Origin: Candidatus Parcubacteria bacterium
GTDB lineage: Bacteria; Patescibacteriota; Minisyncoccia; Phycocordibacterales; CAIZLB01
DNA length: 64,000 nucleotides
Assembly (NCBI GenBank): GCA_043760135.1
Contig: JAYUPL010000007.1
Location: 106-64,105, forward strand
Direction of reading: 5' to 3'
In this document: piece by piece, positions 60,942 through 64,000 of the stretch
Layout of the letters: every line of letters starts with the position of its first letter
Position numbering within the stretch: position 1 is the stretch's first letter
The notes under the pieces: generated by a model
Database searches by the model: none
Told to the model about the DNA's origin: nothing
Seen by the model: only the letters and a program-made list of their open reading frames with translations
Made by a program: the position numbers and the translations under genes

Positions 60942-61183
60942 AAGGGACAACACCTCACCTATGAGAAAAATGGTAACACTCTCATAGTATCAATACCAAA
61001 CACCTCGTACGCCTACACGTTCGGGGTTGTTTTTTTGTATTAAAATCAATAATTTACGCAATAATCATCGCAACGTACGCAAAGAGCATACTCACGATTA
61101 TCAGTACCACTACAATAGCCCATATGAATTGAAGTTTTTGACGATGCTTTGGATTTAGAAACATGATATAAATATAGCAGTAA

Positions 61184-61504
61184 ATGAGAGAATTTCAAGC
61201 CCAAAAAAAACAACAAGCTTCTTTTGATAGAGTTCTCAATTCTAAATGGTCTTTAGTTGTTCTTTTAATAATACTGATATTTTTAGTAAAAGGTAATATA
61301 CGAATCTTTAAAAACTATTTCCATGTGAAAGATAAGTATGAACAAGATTTAAAATCTTATGAAGAGTTAAAAAATCGAGAAGCTCAACTTAATAAAGATA
61401 TTGATAGACTTAAAACCGATCAAGGATTAGACTATGAAATCAGAAAAAAACTTGACGTTTCCACACCGGATGAGAAAGTGATAAAGATAATAGATAAAAA
61501 ATAA
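61184..61504 (+). CDS. septum formation initiator family protein (FtsB/DivIC-like)
   Basis: N-terminal TM, coiled coil, C-terminal 'DYEIRKKLDVSTPDEKVIKI'. Confidence 0.55.
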   Translation: MREFQAQKKQQASFDRVLNSKWSLVVLLIILIFLVKGNIRIFKNYFHVKDKYEQDLKSYEELKNREAQLNKDIDRLKTDQGLDYEIRKKLDVSTPDEKVIKIIDKK

Positions 61505-61524
61505 ATACGTGATATAATTGACGA

Positions 61525-61788
61525 ATGGACACAACGACAACAATAGAACAAAAAAATAAAATCATTATTTACAGTACTGAAAACTGCAAATTTTGCCATA
61601 TGTTAAAGGATTATTTGACAGAGAAAGGTTTTAGCTATGAGAACGTAGATGTTGGTAAGGATGCTTCTCAGGCTGAGATCGCTAAGGAAAAAAGTGGTCA
61701 GCTGGGAGTGCCTGTAACCGATATAGATGGTCATATTATTGTCGGATATGATATAGAAGAAGTGGATAATTTACTAAATATAAAATAA
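61525..61788 (+). CDS. glutaredoxin-like protein (NrdH/Grx fold, CxxC)
   Basis: 'IIIYSTENCKFCHMLKDYL', 'GVPVTDIDGHIIVGYD'. Confidence 0.7.
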   Translation: MDTTTTIEQKNKIIIYSTENCKFCHMLKDYLTEKGFSYENVDVGKDASQAEIAKEKSGQLGVPVTDIDGHIIVGYDIEEVDNLLNIK

Positions 61789-61803
61789 AATAATTAAAAT
61801 AAC

Positions 61804-62328
61804 ATGGAACAAACACAACAAAACAAAAAAGTAGTTTATATAATCGTATTACTAGCGTTGGCTTTATTTGGTTATATTGCTTATGCAGTTATTCAAAATA
61901 ATAAAAATAATAAAGATACAAATATGGCAACAACGACAAATCAAGAGGTTTTAGGAGAACTGAGAGTAGCTCAGGCAGAAGATATTATTGTTATCAATTA
62001 CTCCGGAAAGCTTGAGAATGGTACTGAATTTGATTCATCATATAAGAGAAATCAACCTTTTGTATTTCAACTTGGTATAGGTCAAGTTATCAAAGGGTGG
62101 GATGAAAGTCTTGTTGGGGTGAAAAAAGGTGATAAAAAAACACTTACTATTACACCTGATAAAGGATACGGTGCTGAGGATGTAAAAGGTCAAGATGGAA
62201 AAATTGTTATTCCTAAAAACTCAACTCTTATTTTTGATGTAGAAGTTGTTGAAGTGATCTCAAAAGCTGATGCAGAAAAAATGATGGCTGAGCAACAAGC
62301 TGCACAAGGTACAACTACAGCTCAATAG
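61804..62328 (+). CDS. FKBP-type peptidyl-prolyl cis-trans isomerase, membrane-anchored
   Basis: N-terminal TM; 'NYSGKLENGTEFDSSYKRNQPFVFQLGIGQVIKGWDESLVGVKKGDKKTLTITPDKGYG'. Confidence 0.8.
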   Translation: MEQTQQNKKVVYIIVLLALALFGYIAYAVIQNNKNNKDTNMATTTNQEVLGELRVAQAEDIIVINYSGKLENGTEFDSSYKRNQPFVFQLGIGQVIKGWDESLVGVKKGDKKTLTITPDKGYGAEDVKGQDGKIVIPKNSTLIFDVEVVEVISKADAEKMMAEQQAAQGTTTAQ

Positions 62329-62352
62329 ATTTTAAACTGACACAGGTCAGTT

Positions 62353-62424
62353 GCCGCTATAGTTCAATGGATAGAACAGTCCCGTCCTAAGGGGTAGATG
62401 TAGGTTCGATTCCCGCTAGCGGCA
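62353..62424 (+). tRNA. tRNA-Arg (anticodon CCT)
   Basis: Acceptor GCCGCTA/TAGCGGC, D-arm GTTCAATGGATAGAAC, anticodon loop GTCCTAA, T-loop TTCGATT; one mismatch in the T-stem. Confidence 0.7.
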
Positions 62425-62481
62425 CAGTAGAAAAATATGAGGTTGTTAGGGTTATGACACCTTAAAATACAAGGTTGCAAA

Positions 62482-63189
62482 TTGGTCAAAATGACATATA
62501 ATTCAACTATGACACCCGAATCAATGCCTCAAGAATTGTTACCCAAAGAAGTTTTTATGGATGCGTTAGATAAAGAATTGTCCACCTTAGTTCAATCTGG
62601 GAGAATTACCGAAGATCGGGCGGAAGAAAAAAGAAGTGCAGGAATGTTAATTGAGGAAAGCTTTTCCGATGACCCTAAACACGACGCACTTGTCTTTGCA
62701 TTGGCAGGTAATACTTCTGAAAGTGAAATGGTTGAAGTTTTTAATAGGAAAAAAAATAATGCAGAAGAGGAGGATGGTTTTGCAGATGAAGAATCATTGG
62801 CTAAAGATGTATTTTTCCACACTGTTAGAGATAAAGTGGGAAGCCTTTGTGATAAGGGTGAACTGTCTGGTGAATATGTGCAAAATTTGTTAGACCGCGC
62901 CGTTCTGATAGAAGGTCCTTTTGATGATGCCGATGACGCTAAGGAAAAAGCTTTTGGGTTTTTGAAGACGATCGAGCCTGTTGTTGAATTAATGCGCATT
63001 TTAAACAATACCGAAATGCAACTTTTATCCGCGGCTGGAGATATCAGTATTTCAATGGAAGAAGTAAGGTCTAATGCTAATATTGACGAAGAAAAGAAAG
63101 TTGGCATATTGAATAAGCTTTCAGGTGTTCTTGAGGGAATAAATGGTTATTCAGAAACAATAAAAGCTGTGCGAAACAATATTTTCTAA
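62482..63189 (+). CDS. hypothetical acidic protein (235 aa)
   Basis: ORF track only. Confidence 0.3.
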   Translation: MVKMTYNSTMTPESMPQELLPKEVFMDALDKELSTLVQSGRITEDRAEEKRSAGMLIEESFSDDPKHDALVFALAGNTSESEMVEVFNRKKNNAEEEDGFADEESLAKDVFFHTVRDKVGSLCDKGELSGEYVQNLLDRAVLIEGPFDDADDAKEKAFGFLKTIEPVVELMRILNNTEMQLLSAAGDISISMEEVRSNANIDEEKKVGILNKLSGVLEGINGYSETIKAVRNNIF

Positions 63190-63306
63190 TGAAGAAAAGG
63201 TTAGGTAAAAATTTATGAAGCAAGCAAGTGGTTTATTTTTCCATCAATTTCATCCATATACTCCTTATCCATAAACAGGAAATTAAGAGCCTTTAAGGGC
63301 ACATTA

Positions 63307-63336
63307 GAAAAAGTCACCTAATTTAGGTGACTTTTT
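63307..63336. terminator. perfect hairpin terminator
   Basis: 'AAAAAGTCACCTAA ttt AGGTGACTTTTT'. Confidence 0.55.
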
Positions 63337-63380
63337 CTGTGCCAGCTAAGCAAGCCAACAGCTTGGCTTGCGGGCGGGAA

Positions 63381-63457
63381 TCGAAAAGCTTTGCCTTATT
63401 TTCGAAGAACTGTGTTCTGAGAAAATGGTAAAGGTGTACTGACCTCGTAGAGGTCGA
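63381..63457 (+). promoter_or_regulatory. conserved ~80-nt structured non-coding element, copy 2
   Basis: See copy 1 (17238-17318); lies ~45 nt upstream of the RlmI-like start. Confidence 0.4.
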
Positions 63458-63500
63458 TTTCTGTATATAAATTAAATCTTTAATATGCTACCATAATCCC

Positions 63501-64000
63501 ATGAAAGACCTCAACTACACCCTCATCGACACCGGAGACAAACGTAAACTTGAATCATACAACGGCTACATTATCGATCGACCAGATCCCCAAGCACTTT
63601 GGCCGAAGAAATTGACCAAAGAATGGGAGAAGGTTGATGCTATTTTTGTTGACGACAACAAGGTAGGAAAAAGAGATGAAAGAGGAATCTGGAAAACATA
63701 TAAAGATTTACCAGAAGATTTTTCTATAAACTTTTTTAAAGATTTAAAATGTGGTATTAAACTAAATCCATTTAAACATACTGGAATTTTCCCTGAGCAA
63801 TATGATAACTGGAAATTTATCGATGATGTTATTTCTAAATCAAAAAATAAAAATATAAAAGTTTTAAATCTTTTTGGATACACAGGTTGTGCATCTTTAG
63901 TTGCAGTCAACGCAGGTGCTGAAACGGTTCATGTGGATGCTTCAAAACCATCTATTGGTGTAGGTATGAAAAATGCTGAACTCTCAGGTCTTAAAGACAA
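63501..64000 (+). CDS. class I SAM-dependent rRNA methyltransferase, RlmI-like (partial, runs off the window end)
   Basis: 'VLNLFGYTGCASLVAVNAGAETVHVDASKPSI' resembles the RlmI/RlmK SAM-binding region; no stop before the window end. Confidence 0.55.
   Translation, partial: MKDLNYTLIDTGDKRKLESYNGYIIDRPDPQALWPKKLTKEWEKVDAIFVDDNKVGKRDERGIWKTYKDLPEDFSINFFKDLKCGIKLNPFKHTGIFPEQYDNWKFIDDVISKSKNKNIKVLNLFGYTGCASLVAVNAGAETVHVDASKPSIGVGMKNAELSGLKD

Overview
This is a low-G+C (roughly one-third G+C, estimated by eye), gene-dense bacterial window with the look of a reduced genome. Genes are compact, few have recognisable Shine-Dalgarno sequences, and many -10 boxes sit directly in front of start codons. 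Type IV pilus genes are present and the 16S rRNA gene is not followed by a 23S gene. This resembles a Patescibacteria/CPR-type organism, but that placement is an inference. Housekeeping content: infB-rbfA, a cysteine desulfurase, thrS, nadK, clpB, tRNA-Tyr-rpmG-tRNA-Trp, prepilin peptidase, 16S rRNA plus tRNA-Ile, the transketolase C-terminal subunit, a PfkB kinase, rplY, rpmE-prfA, rpsB-tsf, gpmI, eno, dus, a dnaX-like gene, RNase J, secG, typA, a MacAB-like tripartite ABC efflux system, lepA, an ftsB-like gene, a glutaredoxin, an FKBP PPIase, a partial RlmI-like methyltransferase and seven tRNAs. Accessory content: an orphan VirD4/TraG-like ATPase, two duplicated pilin cassettes, a phage-tail-fibre-like surface protein with an S74 autochaperone domain, a RelE/DinJ pair, an EVE-domain protein and several higher-G+C ORFans. 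The most unusual signal is a set of five genes that share a conserved upstream promoter-like motif. Three are paralogues of an unrecognised ~160-aa family that also share 3' flanking sequence. Two are MazF/PemK-like toxin domains, one of which is fused in frame to threonyl-tRNA synthetase in place of its TGS domain. A second signal is an ~80-nt non-coding element present in two copies, with compensatory hairpin changes that suggest a structured RNA.
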